The position numbers and the translations under genes were made by a program. Shown in pieces: positions 21,202 to 29,733 of a stretch of DNA of 64,000 nucleotides. This stretch comes from an uncultured Actinomycetota bacterium (GTDB lineage: Bacteria > Actinomycetota > UBA4738 > HRBIN12). The notes under the pieces were generated by a model that made no database searches, was not told where the DNA came from, and saw only the letters and a program-made list of their open reading frames with translations. Numbering within the stretch: the stretch's first letter is position 1; each line of letters begins with the position of its first letter. The stretch is taken from positions 63,019 through 127,018 of the forward strand of contig CAWAPY010000015.1 in assembly GCA_963784055.1 (NCBI GenBank), read 5' to 3'.

Positions 21202-21607
21202 TTGGATACCATCCCCCCGATGAACGCGGCGGTCGCGGGAAAGGCCTATCCGGAGACGCCGTTCACGGTGGATCCCAGCCGTGTGGCCGCGTTCCGAGGG
21301 GTGTTCTCCCAGGTGAGAGGGGTCCCGGTCACGTTCGTGACCGCGGCGGAGTTCACGGTCGATCCCCGTGGTCGTGGCGGACCCGGAGCTCGGGATCGAC
21401 TTCTCCCGCGTCCTCCACGGGAATCAGGAGTACGAGTTCCGGCGCCCCCTGGTGGAGGGGGAGACCTTGACGATCAGGAGCAGGATCGAATCGATCCGCT
21501 CGCTCGGAGGCAATTCCTTCCTGGTGCTCGCCACCGAGCTCGTGGAACCCGGCGGCGAGATCGTCTGCACGGCGCGGTCGACGCTGATCGAACGGGCCGC
21601 GGATTGA
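21202..21607 (+). CDS. MaoC-like (hotdog fold) dehydratase subunit, HadA-like (apparent frameshift ~21365 in a C run)
   Basis: N-terminal part in ORF 21202.., C-terminal part in ORF 21368..21607 (GIDFSRVLHGNQEYEFRRPLVEGETL); position rpmG-had-tRNA-Trp-secE conserved in Actinobacteria. Confidence 0.6.
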
Positions 21608-22029
21608 AGCCGTCGCCGGTCCAGGTCGAGGCGGGGTCGGAGCTCCCGACGCTCTCGCGCATCGTGCACGCCGAGGACGTGAAGGCGTACGCGGAGGCCG
21701 GGGGAGACGCGAACCCGCTCCATCAGGACGACGCCGTTGCGCGCGCCGCGGGGTTCCCGGGGATCGTCGCGCACGGGATGTTCACGATGGGACATCTGGC
21801 CGCCTGCATCGCCGAGTGGGCGGGGGGTCCCGAGCGGGTGCGGCGGATGACCTCACAGTTCCGCGCCCCCGTCTACATGGGCGAGGAGATCGTGGCGGGC
21901 GGGCGAGTGAAGTCGGTCGACGCTGAGCGGGCGATCGCCGTCCTCGAATGCTGGGTGAAGGTCGAGCGCGACGGGCAGACGGAATGGCCGATCAAGCGCG
22001 GTGAAGCCGAGGTGCTCTTGGGCGACTGA
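21604..22029 (+). CDS. MaoC-like dehydratase, HadB-like
   Basis: TTG start overlapping the upstream stop (TTGA); GGDANPLHQDDAVARAAGFPGIVAHGMFTMG hotdog hydratase motif. Confidence 0.65.
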   Translation: MKPSPVQVEAGSELPTLSRIVHAEDVKAYAEAGGDANPLHQDDAVARAAGFPGIVAHGMFTMGHLAACIAEWAGGPERVRRMTSQFRAPVYMGEEIVAGGRVKSVDAERAIAVLECWVKVERDGQTEWPIKRGEAEVLLGD

Positions 22030-22046
22030 AGGAGGAGAACCGTCTC

Positions 22047-23309
22047 CTACGCGCCCAGCTGTCCCTGCGCGTCCCGGCGCTGCGTCCGTCCCGACATCGC
22101 CTGGATCGCCTCGCTCATCCGATCGACCACGATCTGGACGTCGTTGCCGTAGCCCTCGTCCACCATGACGGTGACCCGGTCGATCTTGTCGGCCAACCGC
22201 TCGGCGACCGTGAGCATCGACTCCGCCGTCGACTGCGACTCCTTGTGCAGCTGGTCGGACATCGACTGGAACCGGCGGTCCACCGAGCTGAGGACGTCGT
22301 TCGCGAGGCCGGCGTGCAGCTCCTTGATGGAGCGCAGTGTCTGCCGCAGGAGCTCGGCGTCGTCGTTCGCCGGGGCGGCCGAGCCGAGCCGGTCGGCGAG
22401 CGCCTGGTTGTCCGAACGGATCATCCGGGCGATCGCCGCCACGCGGTCGTCGACGTGCGCGCGCATGCGCTCCTCGAACGCCTGCTGTTGCTCGGCGAGC
22501 ATCGTGTCGATTCCCTCGATCGAGCCCACCGACGCGCTCATCCGCTCCACGGTTTCGCCGAGCGACGATGCGATCGCGATCTCCGCGGCCTCGGCCGTCT
22601 TCTCCACCAGGGCCTCGCCGACCAGGATCATCCGCTCTTCGACGGTCTCTCGGAGCAGCACCTCCTGCTCCGTCGTCTTCTCCTCGATCATCTTCCGGAG
22701 CGCCTGGGAGTCGCTCCGGATCAGCTCCGCCAGACCCCGCACCCGGGCGTCGATGAACCGCTCCATCGCGGACTTCAGGGCCACCTCGTCGCGGCTGTGG
22801 ATGCCCATCCCCTCGGACATCAGCTCGAGCTTCTGTCCGATCGCCTGAACCTCCTCGCGGACCGTCGCGCCGACGTTCGCCGTGAGGTCGCCGTCCTGCG
22901 TCGCGAAGGACTCGGCGTGGGCTTCGACGCGCTGGGCGAGACGCCCCACCGCTTCGGCGCCTCCCTGCACGTAACCCTGCATCGCCTCGACGACGCGAGA
23001 GGTCTCGCGCGCCACCATCTCGCCGTGCTCGCGGACCTGCTGCATGATCGTGTCGGTGAGCGTGCGGTCGCGCTCGTCGAGGTTCTTGAACGTCTCGGCG
23101 ATGTGATGCTCGACCTGCTCCAGCTGGTTCCGGACGCCTTCGACCCCGTGGAGGGTGGGGGAGTCGGCGATCTCCCGGATCGAGGCGACCGAGGACTCCA
23201 TGGCCTCGCGGGTCGCGCGACCGGTCTCGGCCAGGTCGCCGAGCGCGTCCTCGACGCGCCCCGCCCGGGTGGACAGAGCCTGGAACCGCTCGTCGCTCGA
23301 CGCGATCAA
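22047..23309 (-). CDS. hypothetical alpha-helical repeat protein (420 aa), no recognisable domain
   Basis: Intact 420-aa ORF, E/A/R/V/L-rich, internally repeated motif (VRGLAELIRSDSQALRKMIEE and VAAIARMIRSDNQALADRLG). Confidence 0.5.
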   Translation of the reverse strand: MIASSDERFQALSTRAGRVEDALGDLAETGRATREAMESSVASIREIADSPTLHGVEGVRNQLEQVEHHIAETFKNLDERDRTLTDTIMQQVREHGEMVARETSRVVEAMQGYVQGGAEAVGRLAQRVEAHAESFATQDGDLTANVGATVREEVQAIGQKLELMSEGMGIHSRDEVALKSAMERFIDARVRGLAELIRSDSQALRKMIEEKTTEQEVLLRETVEERMILVGEALVEKTAEAAEIAIASSLGETVERMSASVGSIEGIDTMLAEQQQAFEERMRAHVDDRVAAIARMIRSDNQALADRLGSAAPANDDAELLRQTLRSIKELHAGLANDVLSSVDRRFQSMSDQLHKESQSTAESMLTVAERLADKIDRVTVMVDEGYGNDVQIVVDRMSEAIQAMSGRTQRRDAQGQLGA

Positions 23310-23608
23310 GCTCCTGATCGCTTCATCCTCGAAAGGAGGCTCACGATCCGCTCTTGCTCGGGACGGACGTCCTTCGCCGACGATCGCCAGAGCTCGGTGG
23401 CCACTTCGCGCATCAGGATCGTGGCCTGCTGCTCGAGCGCCTGGAGGCCCTCCTCCACGCGCTCGTCGACCACGTTCGTCAACGCGTTCGCGATCTCTTC
23501 CTCGGCGGGAGTCAGGACGGGTGGCTCAGGCGCCTGCTGTCGGGTGAACAATGGGGAACGCCGGCGGCCACCGGCTCCTGCCGGCCGTGCGGTGCGCTGT
23601 TCGTTCAT
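23306..23608 (-). CDS. small hypothetical protein (100 aa) translationally coupled (ATGA) to the downstream 420-aa helical protein
   Basis: Internal ATG 23608 (MNEQRTARPAG...); stop TGA overlaps ATG of the 22047..23309 gene. Confidence 0.4.
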   Translation of the reverse strand: MNEQRTARPAGAGGRRRSPLFTRQQAPEPPVLTPAEEEIANALTNVVDERVEEGLQALEQQATILMREVATELWRSSAKDVRPEQERIVSLLSRMKRSGA

Positions 23609-23860
23609 GCGTGTGCCTCGCGATCCGGGGCCGCTGCGGCACGTCTTGGAACGGAAGGATAGGTCAGGTGCGGCCGTGCTCCCGTATCTGGCGAGGAAAT
23701 CCCCCACGGGTCAGGACGCCGGCTCGGCCATCCGGGGGAGGTCGATCGACGACGCGGGAACGCCGCAGGTCGGCGCGATGGTTCCTTTGCCGGGCCCTGA
23801 GGCCGACCCTATACTGAGGTCTCCGAACGTCCAGCCACGACGCTGGGAGGCCCGGAGCCC

Positions 23861-23934
23861 AGGGGCGTAGCTCAATTTGGTAGAGCACCGGTCTCCAAAA
23901 CCGGCGGTTGGGGGTTCAAGTCCCTCCGCCCCTG
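23861..23934 (+). tRNA. tRNA-Trp(CCA)
   Basis: Acceptor AGGGGCG/CGCCCCT, D arm GCTC-AATTTGGTA-GAGC, anticodon stem CCGGT/ACCGG with loop CTCCAAA, T loop TTCAAGT. Confidence 0.9.
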
Positions 23935-23947
23935 CAAGGGAGCACGC

Positions 23948-24256
23948 ATGAACCGGCAGATGAAGCGGATGCAGGAACGGCAGGAGCGCGCGCAGAAGCG
24001 CGCGGGTGCCGCGCGTCCTGCCACGCCGTCCGCCGCCACCAGGAAGGCAGCCGTGCAAGAGCGACGCAAGCGAACCGGTGCTCGCCAGTTCCTGAAGGAG
24101 GTCCGACAGGAGCTCAGCAAGGTGGACTGGCCGACCCGTCGGGAACTCGTGTCCTACTCGATCGTGGTGCTCGTGACCGTGACCGTCCTCACGGCCTTCG
24201 TGTTCGGTCTCGACTCCTTGTTCACGAGGTTCGTCTTCGACGTGCTCGGCAACTGA
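23948..24256 (+). CDS. secE: preprotein translocase subunit SecE
   Basis: Basic N-terminus plus single C-terminal transmembrane segment ([25 protein letters not shown]); precedes nusG. Confidence 0.85.
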   Translation: MNRQMKRMQERQERAQKRAGAARPATPSAATRKAAVQERRKRTGARQFLKEVRQELSKVDWPTRRELVSYSIVVLVTVTVLTAFVFGLDSLFTRFVFDVLGN

Positions 24257-25146
24257 TGAGGACCGACGTGAACGGATCCGGATCGATCTCCGACGAGCGT
24301 GACCTCGCGCAGGTGGACCCGTCCGACGCCCCCGTCGTCGAGGAGGGTCTCGAGACGGCGGACGCCGTGGAAGAGCCCGCCGAGGAGGTCGCCATGGAAG
24401 TCGTGGAGCCCGAGCCCGTGGATCCGCGACCGGACCCGGAGCCTGTCGAGCCCGACCCGGAGCCGGTCGAGCCGAACCCCGAGCCCGTCGAGATCGACGC
24501 GGCCGAAGCGGAAGCCGAGTCCGTTGAAGCGGCCGCCGAGCCGGAGCCCGAGCCCGTCCGAGCTGCCGCGAAGCCGGAGCCCGAGCCCGTCGTCGACGAG
24601 GACCCCTTCCGCGGCCATGGCGACTGGTACGTCGTCCACACCTATTCCGGCTACGAGAACAAGGTGAAAGCCAATCTCGAGTCGAGGATCAAGACGATGC
24701 AGATGGAGGGAAAGATCTTCGGCGTCCACATCCCGATGGAAGACGTGATGGAGATCAAGTCCGGGAAGAAGCAGGTCGTCAAGAAGAAGCAGTTCCCCGG
24801 CTATCTCCTCGTGCGCATGGTCTACGACAACGACTCCTGGTACGTCGTGCGCAACACGCCCGGTGTCACCGGCTTCGTGTCCGCCGGGACCGGCACCAAG
24901 CCCACGCCGCTGTCGAAACACGAGGTCGACAAGATCCTCACGGTGAAGAAGGAAGAGGTCCGTCCGCAGGTCCGCCTCGGGTTCGAGGAGGGCGACATCG
25001 TGCGGATCACTTCCGGTCCCTTCGCGGACTTCAACGGGACGATCAACGAGATCAACGCAGACCAGGCCAAGCTCAAGGTGCTGGTCAACATCTTCGACCG
25101 GGAGACGCCGGTCGAGCTGTCCTTCGACCAGGTATCGAAGGTCTAG
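24256..25146 (+). CDS. nusG: transcription termination/antitermination factor NusG with ~110-aa acidic PEPV-repeat N-terminal extension
   Basis: ATG overlaps secE stop (TGATG); NusG NGN and KOW core ([19 protein letters not shown]...[22 protein letters not shown]). Confidence 0.9.
   Translation: MRTDVNGSGSISDERDLAQVDPSDAPVVEEGLETADAVEEPAEEVAMEVVEPEPVDPRPDPEPVEPDPEPVEPNPEPVEIDAAEAEAESVEAAAEPEPEPVRAAAKPEPEPVVDEDPFRGHGDWYVVHTYSGYENKVKANLESRIKTMQMEGKIFGVHIPMEDVMEIKSGKKQVVKKKQFPGYLLVRMVYDNDSWYVVRNTPGVTGFVSAGTGTKPTPLSKHEVDKILTVKKEEVRPQVRLGFEEGDIVRITSGPFADFNGTINEINADQAKLKVLVNIFDRETPVELSFDQVSKV
24410..24600 (+). repeat. imperfect 15-nt (GAGCCCGAGCCCGTC-like) coding tandem repeats encoding (PEPV/EPEP)n in the nusG 5' region
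   Basis: Repeated [29 protein letters not shown] at protein level. Confidence 0.5.
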
Positions 25147-25239
25147 CGCTCAGGCGCTCAGAGGAGGTAGTCGAAGCGATAGCGCATCGAACGAGACGCG
25201 GGAGGCCGAGAGGCCGCTGGGACCGCAGGAGGTGGACCG

Positions 25240-25671
25240 ATGGCTCCGAAGAAGAAGGTGCTCGCGACCGCGAAGCTCCAGATCGTCGCCGCGCAGGCAA
25301 CCCCTGCCCCTCCGGTGGGCACGGCCCTGGGCCAGCACGGCGTGAACATCATGGAATTCTGCAAGCAGTACAACGAAGCGACCCAGCAGTTCGCCGGACA
25401 GGTGATCCCGGTCGAGCTCACGATCTACGAGGATCGATCGTTCACGTTCGTCCTCAAGCAGCCGCCGGCCGCGGAGCTGATCCGCAAGGCGGCCGGGATC
25501 GAGAAGGGCTCGGGTGAGCCGAACCGGGAGAAGGTCGCCCGGCTCTCCCGGCAGCAGGTGAAGGAGATCGCCGAGCGCAAGATGGTCGACCTGAACGCGA
25601 ACGACATCGACAACGCGATGCGGATCATCGAAGGGACGGCGCGCAGCATGGGTGTGGAGGTGGCCTCGTGA
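25240..25671 (+). CDS. rplK: 50S ribosomal protein L11
   Basis: [45 protein letters not shown]. Confidence 0.95.
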   Translation: MAPKKKVLATAKLQIVAAQATPAPPVGTALGQHGVNIMEFCKQYNEATQQFAGQVIPVELTIYEDRSFTFVLKQPPAAELIRKAAGIEKGSGEPNREKVARLSRQQVKEIAERKMVDLNANDIDNAMRIIEGTARSMGVEVAS

Positions 25672-26390
25672 GCGCGAAGCCCGGGAAGCGCTACCGAGAG
25701 GCGTCCGAGTCCTTCGATCGTGAGCAGCAGTACCTCCCTGCCGAGGCGATCGAAGACTTGAAGTCGCTGCCCGGGGCGAAGTTCGACGAGACCATCGAGG
25801 TCGCGTTCCGGCTCGGTGTCGACCCCCGGAAGAACGACCAGGCGATCCGCGGCACGGTGGCGCTGCCCCATGGCACGGGCAAGTCGGTCCGCGTCGGCGT
25901 GTTCGCGGCGGGGGAGAAGGCGCGCGAGGCGCGGGATGCCGGTGCGGACGTCGTCGGCGGCGAGGAGCTCGTCGAGGAGGTCATGAAAGGGACGATCGAC
26001 TTCGACGCGGCGGTCGCCACGCCGGACATGATGGCGTCGGTCGGGAAGGCTGGCCGGGTGCTGGGTCCGCGGGGACTGATGCCGAACCCGAAGACCGGAA
26101 CCGTGACGAACGACATCGCGAAGGCCGTCGCCGACATCAAGGGCGGCAAGGTCGAGTACCGGGCCGATCGCACCGGCAACGTCCATCTGATCATCGGGAA
26201 GAAGTCGTTCGAGGAGCGCAACCTGCTCGAGAACTACCTGGTGGTCATCGACGAGCTCCTGAAGGCGAAGCCGTCCTCGGCCAAGGGCCGCTACATCAAG
26301 TCGCTGGCCGTCTCCTCGACGATGGGCCCGAGCGTGCGGATCGACGCGTCCAAGCCCCGAGGCGTCCAGATGGCGGCCGCGGAGGGATAG
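25668..26390 (+). CDS. rplA: 50S ribosomal protein L1
   Basis: GTGA overlap with rplK; L1 motifs throughout. Confidence 0.95.
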   Translation: MSAKPGKRYREASESFDREQQYLPAEAIEDLKSLPGAKFDETIEVAFRLGVDPRKNDQAIRGTVALPHGTGKSVRVGVFAAGEKAREARDAGADVVGGEELVEEVMKGTIDFDAAVATPDMMASVGKAGRVLGPRGLMPNPKTGTVTNDIAKAVADIKGGKVEYRADRTGNVHLIIGKKSFEERNLLENYLVVIDELLKAKPSSAKGRYIKSLAVSSTMGPSVRIDASKPRGVQMAAAEG

Positions 26391-26547
26391 TCACCAAGCG
26401 GCGGCTGCCGGAAGCGCCGGACAACGATCGCGGCGCCGTCCTTCTGCTGGGAGACAGGACCCGCACAACGACGTATTCACTTGCCGTGCAACCTGGTCTA
26501 CACTTCGTCCCCCAATCGGTCCAGGCCATCTAGGGGACAAGCCCCCC

Positions 26548-27235
26548 ATGGGGGCGAGGTGGGAGATGGAGCAGACGACCATCGGCGTGCTCTTGGTCCG
26601 GAACGAAACCCTGCTCTTCACCGATGCGCTCGCGATCGCCATGGACTCGGAGCCCTCGGTTCGTCTGATCTCGAAGCCGTTGTCGCTGGACGAAGCCCTG
26701 GAGCTCTGCAAAGAACAACGTCCGGAGGTGGTGTTGCTCGAGGCCTCCGAGATGTCCGAGGGATCGGTGCGCGGATCCGTGCGGACCCTGGCCCAGGCGT
26801 GCGACGAGGTTCCCGTCGATCCTGCTGGCCGATTCAGAGGTCGATGACTCCTTCTTGGTGGCGGGTATGGAGGCGGGAGCCAGTGGGATCGTGGACGGCA
26901 CGGCCAGGATCGGTGAGGTGGTCGGAGCCGTCCAGGCCGCGGCCGCCGGTCACCGAGTCGTGGATCAGGACCGCTTCGTCACCGCGGTGGAGGTGACCGC
27001 GCGGGCGCGCGAGCTGAAGCGGGAACGAGCCGAGCGCGCGAGTCAGCTCACCCGGCGCGAGCGTGACGTGATGGGGTACCTGGGGCAAGCGATGAGCAAT
27101 GCCGACATCGCTGACCGCCTCTCCATCAGTCCCAGGACGGTCGACAAGCACGTCCAGCACCTCATCCGGAAGCTCGGGGTGAAGTCGCGTCTCGGCGTCG
27201 CGATCCTCGCATCTCGGATGGGTGATCTCGCGTAG
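26548..27235 (+). CDS. atypical LuxR-family response regulator with degenerate (pseudo-)receiver lacking the phospho-acceptor Asp; apparent frameshift ~26815
   Basis: Receiver-like fold (IGVLLVRNETLLFTDALAIA...VVLLEASEMSEG) with DD->NE, D->E, T->A, K->D/G substitutions; C-terminal LuxR helix-turn-helix (RRERDVMGYLGQAMSNADIADRLSISPRTVDKHVQHLIRKLG) in ORF 26855..27235. Confidence 0.6.
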
Positions 27236-27377
27236 GACGTCGCCCCAGGAAGCGCGTATGCCTTGCTCCGCGGTTGTGCCGATGTGGAACGCCGACGGGT
27301 CTGCCTACCGTGTGAGCGAGGATCCTCGATCGTGCCCACGGGAGATGCCCTTCCGAGGGCGAAAGGGAGGGATGTCG

Positions 27378-27869
27378 ATGTACCGACCCACGCACGCACA
27401 GCGGATGTACCGACCCGCTCACGTCGCGAGGGAGAGCCGCGTGTCGCTCTTCTCGAAGTTCCTCGTCGCCTTGACCGTGTTCGGGCTCATGGCGACGACG
27501 GCGCTGGCGGTCAGCAACGCGCACTTCGTCGGAACGCCGACCGCCACTCGGAACGACAGCACCCTGACCATCTCGGGGAAGGTGGCCGGCCTCGGCCAAG
27601 TCGAGGTGATCACGGTCACGATCTCCGGTGATGTGGCGTGCATCAACCCGGGATCGAAGCACCCCAAGGCTGCGAACAAGGAAGCGGTGACCGGTGGTGC
27701 AGATGTTCCCGTCCAGAACGGGAAGGCCAACTTCAGCGTGACCACCAACGTTCCGAGCATCTCGCCGTCCTGCAGCCCACCGATGACGCTGGTGTTCTCG
27801 AACGTGACGGTGACGGTGACCGCGGTCGACGGGACGTTCCTGCAACACACGTTCTCCGGAACGTTCTAG
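27378..27869 (+). CDS. small secreted beta-rich hypothetical protein (2 Cys), N-terminal MYRP(T/A)H duplication
   Basis: Signal peptide FLVALTVFGLMATTALA-VS; start choice 27372/27378/27405 uncertain. Confidence 0.45.
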   Translation: MYRPTHAQRMYRPAHVARESRVSLFSKFLVALTVFGLMATTALAVSNAHFVGTPTATRNDSTLTISGKVAGLGQVEVITVTISGDVACINPGSKHPKAANKEAVTGGADVPVQNGKANFSVTTNVPSISPSCSPPMTLVFSNVTVTVTAVDGTFLQHTFSGTF

Positions 27870-28116
27870 TCGGTTCCACCATCGCAGCACGTGGTCCGTG
27901 CTGAGCGCAGAGGGGCGGCCCATCGGCCGCCCCTCTGTCGCGTCGCTGGTACCCTGAGCGCTGCCGCAGACAGCAGGGGCGCGTGAGCGCACAATCCCGA
28001 TCGGGTACCTGCCGAGGCGACGACCATGCGTGGCCGACACGCATCGTCGTCGGGGAAGGTCGCGCCGCGCGCGTCTCCGTTGTCTGCGGGGACGCGTTAT
28101 TCATAGAGGAGGCGCG

Positions 28117-28807
28117 ATGCCGAGTACCCAGAAGATCCAGCGGGTCGCGGAGCTGAAGGAGCAGATCGAGGGCTCCACGGCGCTGCTGCTCACCGAATAT
28201 CGCGGGCTCACCGTGTCCGAGATCACCGAGCTGCGGAAGTCGCTCGGCGAAGGGGGCGCACGGTTCGCCGTCATCAAGAACACCCTGATGCGCCGCGCGC
28301 TCGAGGACACCGACGCCGCCGGGCTGGGGTCGCTGTTCGAGGGGCCGAGCGCCGTTGCCTTCGTGCTCGAGGACCCGGTCGCCGCAGCCAAGAGCGTCAC
28401 CGCCGCAGCGAAGAAGTTCCCTGCCCTGGTGTTGAAGGGCGGATTCGTGGAAGGGCGCGTGCTCTCGGCCGACGAGGCCAAGATCGCTCGCCGACCTCGA
28501 GTCCCGCGAGGTGATGTTGTCCAAGATCGCGGGGTTGATGAAGGGCGAGATGTCCCGCGCGGCCTCCATGTTCCAGGCGGCCCAGTCGCGGTTCCTGTCA
28601 GTGCTCGAGGCCTTCAAGGCGAAGCTGCCGGAGCCAGCACCAGAGGCCGAAGCAGCACCAGAGGCCGAAGCAGCACCAGAGGCCGAAGCAGCACCAGAGG
28701 CCGAAGCAGCACCAGAGGCCGAAGCAGCACCAGAGGCGGCCGAAGCAGCACCAGAGGCCGAAGCAGCACCAGAGGCGAACGGAACCAACGACGAGGAAGG
28801 GGAGTGA
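28117..28807 (+). CDS. rplJ: 50S ribosomal protein L10 with C-terminal (APEAEA)n repeat tail; apparent frameshift ~28490
   Basis: AGAGGAGG ribosome-binding site; N-terminal part in ORF 28030.. (MPSTQKIQRVAELKEQIEG...), C-terminal part in ORF 28511..28807. Confidence 0.85.
28634..28790 (+). repeat. 18-bp perfect tandem repeat (GCACCAGAGGCCGAAGCA) x ~8 (one 21-bp variant) within the rplJ 3' end
   Basis: Directly visible at 28636-28790; encodes APEAEA in the L10 frame (and STRGRS / GAASAS in other frames). Confidence 0.85.
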
Positions 28808-28809
28808 CC

Positions 28810-29209
28810 GTGGCGAAGTCGAAGATCGGGACGGAGGATCCTCCTCGAGCAGTTCAAGGAGATGACGCTGCTCGAGCTGTCGGAGTTCATCAAGGCGTTC
28901 GAAGAGACGTTCGACGTCACCGCGGCAGCCGCCACGCCGATGATGGTGGCCGCGCCGGGCGGCGCAGCCGGCGGCGACGGTGGTGCTGAAGAGGAGCAGT
29001 CGGAGTTCGACGTGGTCCTCACCGCCGCCGGAGACAAGAAGATCCAGGTGATCAAGGAGGTCCGGGCCCTCACGAGCCTCGGTCTCAAGGAGGCCAAGGA
29101 TCTCGTGGACGGAGCCCCCAAGCCCGTCCTCGAGCGCGTCAACAAGGAAGCTGCCGACAAGGCCAAGGAGCAGCTCGAGGCCGCGGGCGGGAGCGTCGAA
29201 GTCAAGTAG
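28810..29209 (+). CDS. rplL: 50S ribosomal protein L7/L12 (apparent 1-nt insertion ~28840)
   Basis: GTG 28810; [10 protein letters not shown] then frameshift, then [26 protein letters not shown]... in ORF 28862..29209. Confidence 0.85.
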
Positions 29210-29213
29210 ACCA

Positions 29214-29260
29214 GGGGAGCAACCCGGGGTGACCATGAGGCGGCACCTCGGGTTCCCCTC
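29214..29260 (+). terminator. putative intrinsic-terminator-like hairpin downstream of rplL (no U-tract)
   Basis: AACCCGGGGT-N14-ACCTCGGGTT stem with outer GGGG/CCCC extension. Confidence 0.3.
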
Positions 29261-29319
29261 GTGGCAACCCTTGTGCTACGGTGCGCGCCAACGTTCGTAC
29301 GTCGAGGGGGAGCAGTCGT

Positions 29320-29733
29320 ATGCGGCAGAGCGATGGGAAGCACTTCGGACAGCGACTTCGTGAATCCAGGGTCGCGGCTGGGCTGAGCCAATCGGAGCTC
29401 GAGGACATCTCCGGCATCCCCAAGGCGCGACTCTCCCGCTACGAGAACGGGCATGTCGAGCCCTCCATCCAGACCCTCGCCCGCTTGTCGCGAGCCCTGA
29501 ACGTGTCCGAGGCGTCGCTGCTCGGCGATCAGCGGGCCATCCTCGAGGACTTCTTCAACGTCCTCTACGACCGCGGTGTGCGCATCACGTCCAGCGAGCA
29601 GGGCGCGCGGATCGCCCATGCCATCGCCGACCTGCTCGAAGCCCTGAAGACCGATCCGGTCGTCGCGGATGACCCACTGACGCGGGTGCCGGACGCGGTC
29701 GAGCAGTCCCTCGCCGCCCCGATGCTCGGCTAG
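29320..29733 (+). CDS. XRE-family helix-turn-helix transcriptional regulator
   Basis: GAGGGGGA ribosome-binding site; helix-turn-helix (LRESRVAAGLSQSELEDISGIPKARLSRYENG). Confidence 0.65.
   Translation: MRQSDGKHFGQRLRESRVAAGLSQSELEDISGIPKARLSRYENGHVEPSIQTLARLSRALNVSEASLLGDQRAILEDFFNVLYDRGVRITSSEQGARIAHAIADLLEALKTDPVVADDPLTRVPDAVEQSLAAPMLG

Noticed and set aside
28634-28790. Possible CRISPR array (regular direct repeats)
   Set aside because: Repeats are contiguous 18-bp units with no spacers and lie inside the rplJ coding frame. This is a coding tandem repeat, not CRISPR. No cas genes in the window.
27733-29619. 628-aa minus-strand ORF containing (GAASAS)n repeats
   Set aside because: Antisense to rplJ/rplL. 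The repeat is simply the reverse complement of the rplJ tandem repeat.
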